From Tubulanus polymorphus (taxonomy: Eukaryota > Animalia > Nemertea), in the NCBI RefSeq assembly GCF_964204645.1, contig NC_134031.1, positions 13,751,807 to 13,815,806 of the forward strand: a DNA stretch of 64,000 nucleotides. The letters are read 5' to 3'. The notes below the pieces were generated by a model that saw only the letters and a program-made list of their open reading frames with translations, was not told the origin of the DNA and did not search any database. Made by a program: the position numbers and the translations under genes. Numbering within the stretch: the stretch's first letter is position 1; every line of letters begins with the position of its first letter. Shown here piece after piece: positions 41,145 to 54,506 of the stretch.

Positions 41145-44100
41145 AATTCTAGGGCTGGAGCAAGAAACGTGTGGGATCGTCCGCTAAGGTATCGCTAAGG
41201 AGTCAGTCCGTGGTGGCTTTTGAAAGCGACGACCGCATATGAATGCATTGATTGAATGACATCTCAAAAGTCAGATTATATAAAATTAAACATGATATAC
41301 AGATAGGTTCTTCCAATTAGGCCTATACTGGTAAAAATGAAATGACCCAATATGTGATATAAATGTTCAATCAAAAAGTAGAAAGTGAATCCGTAATTCA
41401 GTATGGTAGGCCTATTGTTACAACATCAAACACTCAAATTCAATCCTTTGTTAAATTGGTAGCCAGTGTAGATGAGCAAGTATCGTGGTCCCTGATTTTA
41501 GTTATCGTAATAATTCAAGCCACGCGATTTTGAACTGTTCAACAAGTTGGAGTTTGTGTAAAGATGAATGAGTTTGAAATGGAGTGGACTTCAGATATTA
41601 CTGTTTGCATGCCTCTGTCTATTAGGCTACTTAATCTTTTTACTAATCATAGAAAATTGTGGTAACGGTTGGTTTTAGATTGTATCTCTCCAAGCCAGAG
41701 GTAATCACGGATATCGGACTACAAAAAAATTCCTTGTGTAAAGCTCAACTTTGTAAATTCCTGGAAAAGCTCGCCTCGGATATTTCAATAATGATTAAAC
41801 ATTATTTTTCCCAACGAAAAACCTAAACAACCAATGTACGCTTGCTTTAAGTTTACCAATGCACTATCGTTGCTTTTTCTAGCTATTTGTACTGTTTGCC
41901 GCAAAAAGATTGCATCCTCTATTACAGGATTTAAGGATACAACTCTAAAACCAGTTAGTTTAAATTAACCATTATACAATATGATACATGACCAAATACA
42001 CTGTTAATATGAAAAAGATCCACTATGTACACATTTCAAATCTCAAACCAAGTTTTATCATAAAAAAATCACGACACAACGTTCGATCGTTCACTAGAGA
42101 TCATCTTTTTGAATTTGTACACAGTGAATTTTAGTATCGTATTATGGTATTATCAATTCTCCGCATTTGAGTGTGACTATTCTACAAATACAAAGTTATT
42201 TTTAGCAATGAAGTTTTAATTGTCATTTTAAATGTTAACTATCCACTGGTATGTAAACTTACTAACTTTTGGCAACTGACCTCAAATCGTGGAATGGGCT
42301 CAGGTAGCCTGCTGATCCACTCTTTATTAATACTACTAAAGAAATATTCAGTATAAGAAGTAAAAAGTATATTAAAGTACTATTTATCTTTATATCGCAA
42401 TAATTTGTGTACGTATGATTGAAAAACGATATTCTATGGAGTCTCATGTTGCGTACTTATGATTATTGTGTATAAGATCAATAATTAGCAACCTTCCACG
42501 GATACGAAGCGGCCTAAGTTTACATCCTACCATAATTTTCTCTAAACTCTCAGCATTATATCAAGATCAGTCTTAGAAAATATATGAAGGACGTGTTCAC
42601 AGGTTAACGAGGCCAAAAATCTTCCTCAAAATTTCAAATTTTTACGAGCAAAGATAATATACTTCATGCTTTTGGTGCAGAAATAATGGATGCCCACAAA
42701 CTGCAAATTTTGTGTTTTCAAAGTAAACGATCCGAGTGTGGAATTGTTTCGAATTCAGGGTTCTCCCATTTACTCTCCGGTATTTTACAATGTTTCAATA
42801 AGATACGTAAGTCGCACTTTTGTTGTGATACAGCTTTCTCTATCGGTCAGCGTTGTGATCACTTAAAATTACCCATAAGTTTGAATTCTCACTGAACTAC
42901 TACATCCCTTATAACGAATATATATTTCATATGAGGCGATTAACTTTGATGATCTGCGGTCAGTGGACAGCAGTTACAAAACATTCAAAACTACTACATT
43001 ATCTTCCATCTATTCATTATTCATATATATATGATATGATATGATATGATATCTCCTTTAGTGTTCAGTTTAAACGTCTTGAACGCAAATGTTTGACAAG
43101 TCTCGCATATTGATACCGATACGCACGTTCACACTAGTGAAATGTGCACGTTACAGGCTCAAATGCGCACGTTACAATTACAAATCGAAACGTTGTTCGT
43201 TCAAAACCCGATGTGAAAATCTTTTGCATTTAGTGGGAAATTTCAAAGTTAGCTCGCTTCCTACAATAAAAATTGGACAAGACTTTTAAAACGACACATT
43301 TAATAAGGGTAGTACTGACGAAGGATTCAGGCAATACCCCGTGTTATTTCTAAAAACATTTAACCGGTAATTAGACAGTACTGGTGTAGCTTGTACAGGT
43401 AAAAGAGTTGTTATATTTACGTTCAGACCGAATGAAATTATTTGATACGAGACACGACTAAGTTGTGTCCGAAACAGATAAATATAGCTATGTGGTCAGT
43501 ATTGGTCAAGATTTGGTCACTTGAATAGTTGTTAAATGAAAGCCCACACCATTTCTAATTATTTGACACCAAACACGACTGTGTTGCTTCTAGAATAAAC
43601 AAATTGCTTTAAGGTCAGTATTGGGAAAATATTGGTCAGTTAAATAGTTGTTAGATCATAGCCCGCACCGTATCTAGTAGCTCGACGCCCAAACACGATT
43701 TTATTGCTTTACTAAACATAAAAATTACATATGGTGGGTTCTAGTTAGTGGTAACTGGTCAGTACTGGTCAAGCATTGGTCAGTTAAACAATTTTTAGTT
43801 TAATGTCCACATTATATCTAGTTATTTGACACCAAACAACTTAATTGTTTGCAAACAGATAATTTACTATATAGCCAGTACTGGTCATGCATTGGTCAGT
43901 TGATAGACCAAGGTCCACGCCACGAGTTATTTGATACTAAACATGATTGTGTCGTTTCCGAAAATTTATCTGTTGGGCAATTTGTGGTCAGCCCTGGTTC
44001 GTTGGTTCTTATTTTGCGGGCATTTTATCTCGAACCACCGAAAGACTGAATTACTAATTAATTCAACAGATCATTAATTAATGGAAATGAAGATCAGTGT

Positions 44101-44772
44101 TAACTAAGTCCTTAGTCTGAATACAATGTATGTGGTATTATATGGGTGCTATGGTGCTGTGTACACCGAACTGTAACTTTTTATTTTCACTACTACCGTA
44201 ATTGACTATGATGTTTTCAAGTGGTCTTAAGTACCGCTAATAGCCGAAAGTCGTTGATTTATGTGAAATTTACACACAGCGCCACCCGTTGGTAGTAAAA
44301 TTCACCCGAGCAATACGGGTGTTAAATAGATACGCTAGCAAACCGGCATTCTCATAATGCGGTCGAATTTTTTAGAATAACAAGTGCGCCGGTTTCACAG
44401 CATCACTAAGGGTCGAGTCCCGGAGAATAACGCGCGCGCGCGGTCTGCGTGTTACAAAATGACCGTCCCGCTCCACACAAGTACCCAGTCCGTTGGAAAG
44501 AGTGCTGACTGCTAAAACCGGAGAACCCCATCAGTAATGCCTGGTAGGTTATGTTTGATTTTTTAGTTAGCAGGTTCGTTAAATCTGCTAGTTTCAAACA
44601 TAAAAAAGTAATTAGATTAGGGCATCGTATACGGAATATATTGCCGGCTCTGGTGTCGAACGGCCGCCGATATTTGCATTCAATGGATTGAATTGAGTCC
44701 GATTCCGCATAAACAAGCCCAATCCGGACATTAGTGTCCCGTCTCGGCCTAACCCTGGCCCTAGCGACGAAC

Positions 44773-46092
44773 GCAAAAGGTAGAAAGTTTCTTTTGTCCA
44801 ATGTCGTATAGCGCCGCTGCGGTCGAAAATCGAACTAATCTGTCAAGTCGATAATTTTCTAAGTGAGAAGACGCCGCGTTCAGTTCGCGGTACACTGTAC
44901 GTACAGTTTTTCGATGCTGTTCAACAAATTTGTTTTGAAGTTGAAGTTCACAGCGCGCTATTCAGTTTTCAGAAGTAGAGGGCTAAAATAACATCATTCG
45001 TAAGATCTCAGATTGAATATTTTCATCAGATTCAGAGCTCAGTTCATTGTATAAAATGTGTTATTTCATGTATTAGACAGTTACTTCTATTACTCTGACA
45101 GGAGTTTTTATGTCATAATTTTTTTACCTCATGTGTAACTCAATTATAGCAGAGTTGATAGTTTAATTACCAATTATTAATTTATAAATAAATTAGTATT
45201 ATTAATCTAATTATTGGATTGATTATTATTAAGAGATATGACATTATAAACATATATATAATGCACAGATATGGATGTTATATATAATGCAAAGATAATG
45301 ATAATGTATTTCTACTCGCATAGAAATGAGACTAAAGTTTTCCTGTTTGGATATTCTAAAAGCTTATAAGTCCTTTTCCAAGGATATGAATGGTTTGTGA
45401 TGATATTATGTTAACTAAATTCATTTGTTGGTTGAACGATTTCATAATATCGCAATATTTAGCATTCGTGATATAATTAATATGATAGAGATATGGCCAT
45501 TTGTCTATTGTTTATGTTAGCAAAAGATTGCATTTGATATAGAAGGCTTTAAAATGTTTTGATGTATGGTTGAGATTTTCAAAATAAATGTTATGCTTAC
45601 ATGAGATAATTGGAACTAGATGTTTTATTTCATTTTTATCAAGTATCGATGGATGAGAAGTCTTTCGACGATGTGCAGTTAGCCCATTAGAGTTTGCCTT
45701 AAAATACTTTACTCTCAGTCTAAGCTGAATTTAATTCATACCGCCGTTACAGTACCATAAAATTCACACAAAATCTTTAGCGTCATTGGAATAGGACGTC
45801 CCCTGTTTCACATCCGGCAGGTGTGTTGACGGTGGGTAAGTTTAATAAGGTACACCAAATCTATTAAAACGATCGCTATTTTAAAATCAAATCATCCCGA
45901 AGAAATTGGGGATTCGAACCTATCGGATATATACTGGTACTCGGCGTCTTTCCACTTAACAAAACATCGTCAATAACATTAGTTCTTATTATTGCTAAGT
46001 AGCGGCGCTACCGGTGGAAATGGTTGGAGTGTAAATAAATCGTAATCGTAATCGTAATCGTAATCGGACATTAGTAACTTTCTACCTTTTGC
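44773..46092. mobile_element. Non-autonomous MULE-like element
   Basis: TIR gcaaaaggtagaaagtt; perfect 9-bp TSD GCGACGAAC (44764-44772 and 46093-46101); (aatcgt)n next to the right TIR. Confidence 0.85.
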
Positions 46093-46323
46093 GCGACGAA
46101 CAGCGTTCAAGATGGCGTATCCTGCAGCGGCACCGGTTTCAACAGATGACATAAATTCCGCCCTGGTCGATCCATCTCCAGAAACACAGGTCGTTTATTC
46201 ACTCATCTAGATATACAAGATGTTAATTAACTTTTTAACCCTGAATATTCATTTGCTACCTGTCAGTCCTCGAACAGTGAATAAACAAACATTAAACAAG
46301 TTCAAAGATCAGTACTGAGTTAG

Positions 46324-46871
46324 CTAATGTCTATTTATTAATGGATGAGACCTGTTTTTCTGGGATATTTTGCTTACTTTTTGGGATACATACCTCATTT
46401 ATGTCTTAACAGAATGCCAAAAATCGCGGACAACAACTGAATATCCGATATATTTCCAGTTCTGTACCAATTAGATGCATTGGCAAAAAGACTCCTTAAG
46501 TCCAATTGAATGAGAGAGAAAATCCTCCATTTTGTGAAATTTCTTGAATTTTTACATTGTCACCATGCCTACGAAATGAAGTTATTTTTCTTGTGGGGTC
46601 TCAACAACTAAATCAGGGTGGCGTAGGCATGGTAACAATGTTCAAATCCAAGAAATTTGACAAAATGGAGGATTTTCTCTCTCATTCAATTGGACTTAAG
46701 GAGTCTTTTTGCCAATCCATCTAATTGGTACAGAACTGGAAATATATCGGATATTCAGTTGTTGTCCGCGATTTTTGGCATTCTGTTAAGACATAAATGA
46801 GGTATGTACCCCAAAAAGTAAGCAAAATATCCCAGAAAAACAGGTCTCATCAATTAATAAATATACATTAG
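46324..46871. repeat. Near-perfect foldback (about 250-bp arms, about 50-bp loop), probable MITE
   Basis: ctaatgtctatttattaatggatgagacctg...catgcctacg / cgtaggcatg...caggtctcatcaattaataaatatacattag. Confidence 0.88.
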
Positions 46872-48944
46872 ATATATATATCTTTCAGCTTTCGAATTTG
46901 AATTTTTTATGGATATAGCTACCATAAAAAATTCAAATAGCTCCAATCTTATTGAAAAAAAGCTTGTTGGAATGGGGAGGGCTCAAATAACAATATGCTT
47001 TTTGAATTATCTTCAGTAGTTTTCGAGATACCGCAAATTGAAGTTTGAAAATTTGAGCGAAAAGTGTGTTCATGTTTCAATACACAAAAACTGTGATAAG
47101 AAGGCAATATTTCATGTAAACAAACTTCAATATCTCTTAAACTAAAAGAGATAGACTAGAAATTTAAAGAGCAATACACTCATAGCACTTTCAGGTGACA
47201 GTTTAAAAACCCAAAATTTTTATCTGATTCCAAATGCCTATGGTTTCCATGGAAACCAGCCGAAAAATGGTAAAGTAATGAAAATATTGATGTTAGATCA
47301 AAAGTTATGATGTCGAAAGGGGATAGAATAACTAATAGTTATTATTAGTTATCAATAGTTTATGTTTGCCCTAAGTTTATCTAGGAATATCTATTATTAT
47401 ATAGATTATTATTTTTAGGTTTCCATGGTAACGGCAACAAAAAAAATGTGAAATAGTGAGAAATATTGATATGATTTCAGATGAAATAATTTTTTCACTA
47501 CATAATTTTTGAAATGAATAAACATGATTATCAAGGCCTGTCAGTTAGGTCTATAGCCATAGGGCTCCTATTGCAAATTGATTTACATAGGCCTATAAAA
47601 ATTTTATATATTATTTGCTAAATGAACTTTTAGTTAAGAAAAGCAGAAAATTAGGCTTGGCCTAGCTCAAAACGCTGAAATTTGAAATATATTCATGATA
47701 TCATAATAAAATCAATCGGTTCAGAAACATAAACCAAGCAATAGTAATAATACTACTAATAGTAACTAAATAATAATCCATTTGTTTTGTTTTGCGCTAA
47801 ATTTCAACAATATTTTATATATATTTCAATTTTGCTGCTTTTGGAAAATCCCCTCGGGAGCCTCATTGTCCCATCACGTGCCTCTATTCTTGCCCGTCAC
47901 AAGCCTCAATTCATCCCATTAGTCGCCTCCCTCTTTCAACAGCCACTTTACCGACGGGAGCGTAGTGGCGATCCGCGCCCTCGTTTGTAAAAATCGGTTT
48001 AAAAATTTCTGGTCGAAAGCGCCGTTTGTTTTCAGAAATCATGGTCATATATACTCCCAGGCTGGTGCGGTACAGACGGATTTTGCCGATTTTTGTCGGA
48101 TTAATCGAACGATTTAACAATCTCAAAGGCACTAAAATCTTTCTCAAGCCACCCAGTCTAACGCAGAAATTTGCTATCTTTAAGAATAATCTTACTTGAA
48201 GCGGATTGGTTTATCAATAACGAAGTTACGAACTGTTGAAGTGACATACCTATCGACCGATCTGACAGAGAGTTGGCTCCCTTGTTTTTTTATATATAGT
48301 ACCTAGGATACTGGGGTCAAAATTTTTTGTCAGGTCCCTGTGGCTCATATAAGGTTGATTTTCGTCCCTCATTTTGAGGGATGAGGCTTTGAGCGTCTAT
48401 TTCACCCCTTCAAACACCACAACTTACCTCAAACTGACTGTTCTGTAATCAGATGGAAGTTAACTATTGTTTGTGCATAAATTTGTAATCCTAAGTAGCT
48501 TTTGACGATCGTAGTAGCTCAAAACTTTTGACTAGTCGCCTCAAAAAACAGTTGAAGTGAAGCAACATAACAAATATGGCGGCTTTTCGTGGTGCATGAT
48601 GGGAGTGTAAATTACGGATTCGGGCTTAAACTTGGACCGACATTGATGCCAATGCAGATATTATTCTTGTTTCAAATTCTTAAGGTTAAAATTGACCAAA
48701 ATTTATGCGTTTTATCAACAAGAAATAACATTTAGAGTAATTTTAGAGAGACATATTGAATTTTCACATTTCATTAATTTAGTCCATTATAGCATTAAAT
48801 AGTTCCAGCAGAGACTTATCACATTGGACTGGTATTTGGAATTAATCCGCCAATGGACTGATTGAATCTTACGACATTACGCCATAGGACGTGCGGCTCA
48901 ACTCCAGAACAGGTAAAAGTAGAGATCTATCAATCCTAAATGTC

Positions 48945-50083
48945 GGCCGATTCTTCTCGTCGACAATGTCTACAACCCCGATTGTCGTCCGATTCTACTC
49001 GTCGACAATGTCTACAACCCCGATTGTTGTCCGATTCTACTCGTCGACAATGTCTACAACCCCGATTGTCGACCGATTCTACTCGTCGACAATGTCTGCA
49101 ATCCTGATTGCCGACCGATTTTACTCGTCGACAATGTCTACAACCCCGATTGTCGACCGATTTTACTCGTCGACAATGTCTACAATCATGTGTATGCAAT
49201 CTTATATAGAGTGGCTGGGATCGAGGGGCTGCGTATGTGCGTGGATTACGCTTATATAGAGTGGCCGGGATCGAGGGGCTGCGTGTGTGCGTGGATTACC
49301 CTTATATAGAGTGGCTGGGATCGAGGGGCCGCGTGTGTGAGTGGATCACCCTTATATAGAGTGGCTGGGATCGAGGGGCCACGTGTGTGCGTGGATTACC
49401 CTTATATAAAGTGGCTGGGATCGAGGGGTGGTGTGTGCGTGGATTACCCTTATATTGAGTGGCTGGGATTCAGGGGCCGTGTGTGTGCGTGGATCACCCT
49501 TATATTGAGTGGCTGCTATCGAGGGGCTGCGTGTTTGCGTGGATGACCCTTTATAATGAGTGGCCAGGATCGAGGGGCTGCGTGTGTGCGTGGATCACCC
49601 ATATTTAAAGTGGCTGGGATCGAGGGGCTGCGTGTGTGCGTGGATTATCCTTATATAGAGGGGCTGCGTGTGTGCGTGGATTACCCTTATAATGAGTGGC
49701 CGGGATCGAGGGGCTGCGTGTGTGCATGGATTACCCTTACATAGAGTGGCTGGGATCGAGGAGCTGCGTGCTTCCGTCAGTTGCTTTTCACAATCAGGAT
49801 TGTAGACATGGTCGACGAGTAGAATCGGTCGACAATCGGGGTTGTAGACATTGTCGACGAGTAGAATCAGTCGACAATCAGGATTGTAGACATTGTCGAC
49901 GAGTAGAATTGGTCGACAATCGGGGTTGTAGACATTGTTGACGAGTAGAATCAATCGACAATCAGCATTGTAGACATTGTCGACGAGTAGAATTGGTCGA
50001 CAATCGGGGTTGTAGACATTGTCGACAAGTAGAATCAGTCGACAATCAGGGTTGTAGACATTGTCGACGAGTAGAATCGGTCG
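48945..50083. repeat. Inverted arrays of a 42-bp minisatellite flanking a 50-bp minisatellite
   Basis: About 6 copies of tcgtcgacaatgtctacaaccccgattgtcgaccgattctac (48945-49187); about 12 of cttatatagagtggctgggatcgaggggctgcgtgtgtgcgtggattacc (49201-49770); about 7 reverse-complement 42-mers (49791-50083). Confidence 0.92.
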
Positions 50084-50640
50084 CAGCCGAATAACCCCTT
50101 TTCTATAAATGTATCTTTGAGCGGGGAACTATTCCACGCTATACTGGACTTGAACCAACATGATGTTGTCAATGAAACTGGAAAGAAAATCAATCTAATT
50201 GAAATCGTACTGCCGGGGCCAAAAGCATTGAATTAATGAAAGAAATTGAATCAAGTCTAATTTAGTTAAAACTTGGAAAATTTAAAACTAATGCCAGAAT
50301 TAAGGGGTGGCTGGAAAAGAAGATGGAACTGTAACTCTAAGGTTGATTCATTTCTGAAATTTGGGCTTATAAGAAGAAAAAATTATGAGGAAACAGATGA
50401 AATGAAATTAAATTTTCTGCGAGAAAAAAACTTGAAATATGTCTTAATTAGATATAACCTAGGTCTCTTTACCACTGTCTGCTAAAAGATTACTAATTCG
50501 ATTTAAATTAAGTGGATTAAGAATTTTGAGGCCTTCCACGGATTCATCACGACTGCTGAACTATCAATTTATTGCTAATTATTGATAACATTGAATTGAA
50601 TTGCAGTTTCAAATATATATATTACAAGCAGTAGATTTAA

Positions 50641-51308
50641 CCTCTTCGCTACCATGCGTGTTGTATAGGCCCTACTTACGTCACAAATAATGACCTCTCA
50701 CCATGCGTGACGTATATTTACGTCGCAAATATATTCATTGACTACAATTGCTGGTGTGGTGAGTATAGATGTACTAGATGATCGTCTGCTTCAATTTAGT
50801 TACACTATTTACTCTTAGATTGCGAATCAGTGCCTCAAATACTGAACTGAATCGAATTGAATTTATGCTTGAGTGACAACATGCACCACTTTACGCGCGA
50901 AACAAGAAGGCATGAGTGCATGATTTTTTATGTCTGTATTTTTTAGCTGTTTCTTTTATAAAATGTCATCCTGGTCCAAATGTAGTAGACAGTCAATCAC
51001 TACACGATAAGAATACAAAAAACGTGCTGGAAATGGATCATTACAAGTTATTCAATCAAAATCCATTGATCAATCCACAAATCGATCAAAAAATCTATCA
51101 ATAATTATAGGTGATCAATTTCTGATTTAATCGATTTGATTCTAAAAAATACCATCTGATAGCTGAGCACCTTGGCTTTAAAAATATATATGGTTTGTAG
51201 TGGTGATAATTCGTATTTTCTGAGATCTAAATAGAAACACGAAAATATGTCAAAATATGGGAAAATGCTCTGGTGAGGGGCGTTACATTACCTATGGTAT
51301 CGAAGAGG
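50641..51308. mobile_element. Non-autonomous piggyBac-like element
   Basis: TTAA|cctcttcgctaccat ... atggtatcgaagagg|TTAA. Confidence 0.8.
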
Positions 51309-54300
51309 TTAACCGTTTCTTATATGCTTTGGTATTTTTAATATATTTGATTTTGTTTATAAAGTCTATTAGAGTTTAATACATTTTCCGCTTGTAATTT
51401 TGCTAATTTATTTTTCAATTAAAAGTTGTGATCGAACACTCGTGAGAATGTCCTGTGGTCTCTCATTAGAAAATCGATAAAACCATTTAGACAGTTATTC
51501 TAATTGAGGGAACTATTGAAATTTTGAGATGTGCCCTAACCTGGAAACCATAATGTATTCTATGGTGAAACTGAGAGGGATTTGCAAGATAGAAGAATTT
51601 TGACCTGGTAGTTAATTTAGGAATAAGCTCCATTTGAAAATAGAAGGAAGACGAAAATATTACAACGCATTTCTTAAGTATGTACATTCTAAGAGAAAAA
51701 AAATGGAATCGGCCTACACTCGGTTCAATCGGAAAATTATTTTCTGCCAGAAAAAATATCGGATTAGCAGGATACAAATGTCAGTACAAAAATTGATTTC
51801 TCTTGCGAAAAATATGTTTTTAATCCTCCGGAATATAGAGTACCGGGAATCTAAATAAACAGTGCACGTCGCCAGCAGCAGAACCAAATTCCTTATTTGG
51901 TGAAAGGGGCGGAGACTAATGTTTTTGCCGACCGTGATGTTGCTGCTGCTCGGAGCGAGACTGTGCCAATCCTCTGCGCTGCCGTGAAATTTTAAGCGAA
52001 TCATACGATTCTAACGCGACTCTCATCGCAGTTTACGGGTCATGCAATTTGATCAAATAATTACGTATTTCTCCAGGATTCGAACCTGTGGTGCGCAATG
52101 CCGAAGCCGGCGCGTTTGTTATTATGAATTCGCTCCTGTTGCTAAGGGAATTTCAGATATTTTCAACTCGTTCGATCAGTGCGGTTCATTGTTAAACTAT
52201 TCATCGACCCAATCTTGTTCAAAATTTCATGAAATAGCCTAAATAAACTCTGAAATAACCCGATCCATAAATTGCCTTATTTTAGTTAATGGGCTGCAGG
52301 ATTTTAGCGTGACATAATTCTACTTCCGATTTTCCCATGAACTTCAAACCGGACGTACTCTGACATAATTTTTTTTTTGAAAAAAATGATGATTAAGGTC
52401 GACTGCCAGTCCTTTCTGGTCCTATTAAGACCATTATCAGGTATGTACTACCAGAAATGAGTGAGCTAGGCCACCCGGAATGCTCTCAAGTCAGGTTGAA
52501 ATAGACATCAGTACCTAGTAGCTGTTGTTCCCCAAACAACGTCTAGGGCCAAAGTGCACATATAAGGTTAATTTTGAGGGACGAGGCTTTGAGTGTCTAT
52601 TTCACACCACTTCAAACACCATCAACTTACCTCACACTGACTGTTCTGTAAGGGGTCATTCATTTATTACGTACGCAAAATTTGCCGTTTTTTATGAGGT
52701 CCTACCTTGTGTACACACCTGTCACAAATTATCACAATGCTCCTATCCAGCGTATGCTTTCAATTGAAAATCATAGAAATATGCGTACAGCTTTTGTCTA
52801 TCACCAAACTGGTACTGTGTGTGACATTATTCCTCTCGTTTTAGTGCTAGGAAGATTGAAGGCTTAAGAGCTAGAAATATGAAACCATATGGAATGAAAA
52901 TACTGAATAAAACATTGTTAAAATCATGGTTGAGCATTTGAAACCACTTCCCAAGTGGGCATGGTGTCCCTAGACCCCTAGTTTCTGACTTTGTCAGTTA
53001 AGTCAGATTCGGTTAAAAAGACACTTCAAAGTATCCACATAATATACGCGTTTATCAAAGGGGCGCCCGACATCCGTCTATTAGTCTATAGCTTGCATGG
53101 CGAAATTGGGCGTACAGGTCGTAACTAGTGCGTACCTTTAAGGTACCCACTTCCCTAAAATCATGATTTCTTATGGAAATATAGTAGGGGCCTAATACTT
53201 TATTTTCATATGAAATCATGATTTTTACTAGCCTAGTAAGACACGATCGATAATATATGAATGTCTAACATATACATCGTAATCACTTCCGGGGTAGTAA
53301 GTAAAGCAAATCATCCAGCGATATATTCATTTTTTGCTCCAAGCAACTGTATAAAAATACTATCCTAGCCCATCGACAAACCCTTGTGACAGGGACTTGC
53401 ACGATTGGAAGTATCAATGACCAATCCCTGTATAATGAAGTACAGAAAACAAAGAACTCTAGAACCTGGACTAAGATCCTAGTCAGTAACCTGTCTGTGG
53501 TTTAGTTTCACGAGCGGATATTTTCACAAACCTGTCAGGAATGGGAAGGTCATTTTTCAATGAAATTTTCGTGAGTCATTTGACTCACGAGAAATTTGCC
53601 TGGCATTTTCTGGTCTTTTGAGATATCTGTCTAATTTTTGTTGTAATCAACGCACAACAGATTCGTTGTTTGTTTGATACCTATAACACCTCACCTGACG
53701 ATCTTAATCCATGTGCAAATCGGCCGTAAAGTGAGAGTAAATTTCCGTCAATTCAACGGCGGCCATTTTGAAAACTTGTGGAGCGTGCTGGCACCTGTGG
53801 ACTGAGGCCAGGACAACAACACAAACTAAAGAAACGAAATGAAGAAATTGAGAAAATTAAGAAATCAACACTTATTCACATTTCTCTTCAACTAGAATTT
53901 ATTATTTCATTATTCATTATGGAAAAACATGGCGATTTGAAATACATGTTGGAAAACCATCAAAAATAAAAATAGTCGTTTCGTTTTGGAAGTTTTATTG
54001 TAGGTCACCTTGTCTATCATGCCACATGGATGCAATACAAAGAAATGGCGGCCAATGGCAGAATTTGTGGAGAAATTAATTTCTCAGTTGATTAATTGCT
54101 CGAAACATACATGAAATTGGATTATTTCGAAAGGTACTGGAGTTAGTTTGTGAATTAAGCCATCAATTGTGGAGTTAGTTTGTGAATTAAGCCATCAATT
54201 GTGGACTGAAGTCAATAGAAAGTCTATTTTTGAAGTGTTACTTTTTTCAACCGTTTTTTTTCAACCCTTGTCATCCCTAATGTTGGTATAAGCCCATCGA

Positions 54301-54423
54301 TCGGATTATAAAAGCTTACCACCATCGATTAGGTAACTAACTATAAGATCCTAAGTTAGCGCTGTGTTGCTGTATGGTAGAAACCAGTTAAATTTTTCAA
54401 TGACAATTTGTTGAATATTTCAG

Positions 54424-54506
54424 GGCTTCTACTTCCAACAGACTATGATAAGAGTTAAAGATCCGAGGGTTTCTGTAAAATTCTACTCTGAAATTTTGGG
54501 AATGAG
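54424..54506 (+). CDS. GLO1: Glyoxalase I (lactoylglutathione lyase) internal exon, 83 bp; upstream coding exon not located
   Basis: ttcag|GFYFQQTMIRVKDPRVSVKFYSEILGM|gt. Confidence 0.92.

Larger units (their letters stand above)
37538..44359 (-). mobile_element. Unclassified TIR element, copy B (inverted, diverged, with two nested insertions)
   Basis: Reverse complement is colinear with copy A end to end; same TIRs; many substitutions and indels. Confidence 0.85.
31383..44483 (+). mobile_element. Eighth HINE unit, split into 31383-31418, 37184-37537 and 44360-44483
   Basis: The three pieces join colinearly into the first ~510 bp of the unit consensus. Confidence 0.9.

Noticed and set aside
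31419-44359. A single 13-kb element with 6-kb TIRs
   Set aside because: Each arm has its own TIR pair, and the central 354 bp is the colinear continuation of the flanking HINE
45905-45960. tRNA gene (B-box-like ggttcgaatccc on the minus strand; similar at ~52075)
   Set aside because: No cloverleaf could be built; at most SINE-like remnants
48891-49954. Cys/Arg-rich repetitive ORFs
   Set aside because: Translations of 42- and 50-bp minisatellites, open on both strands
48945-50083. CRISPR-like array of palindromic repeats
   Set aside because: Units are contiguous with no unique spacers, no cas genes are present and the context is eukaryotic
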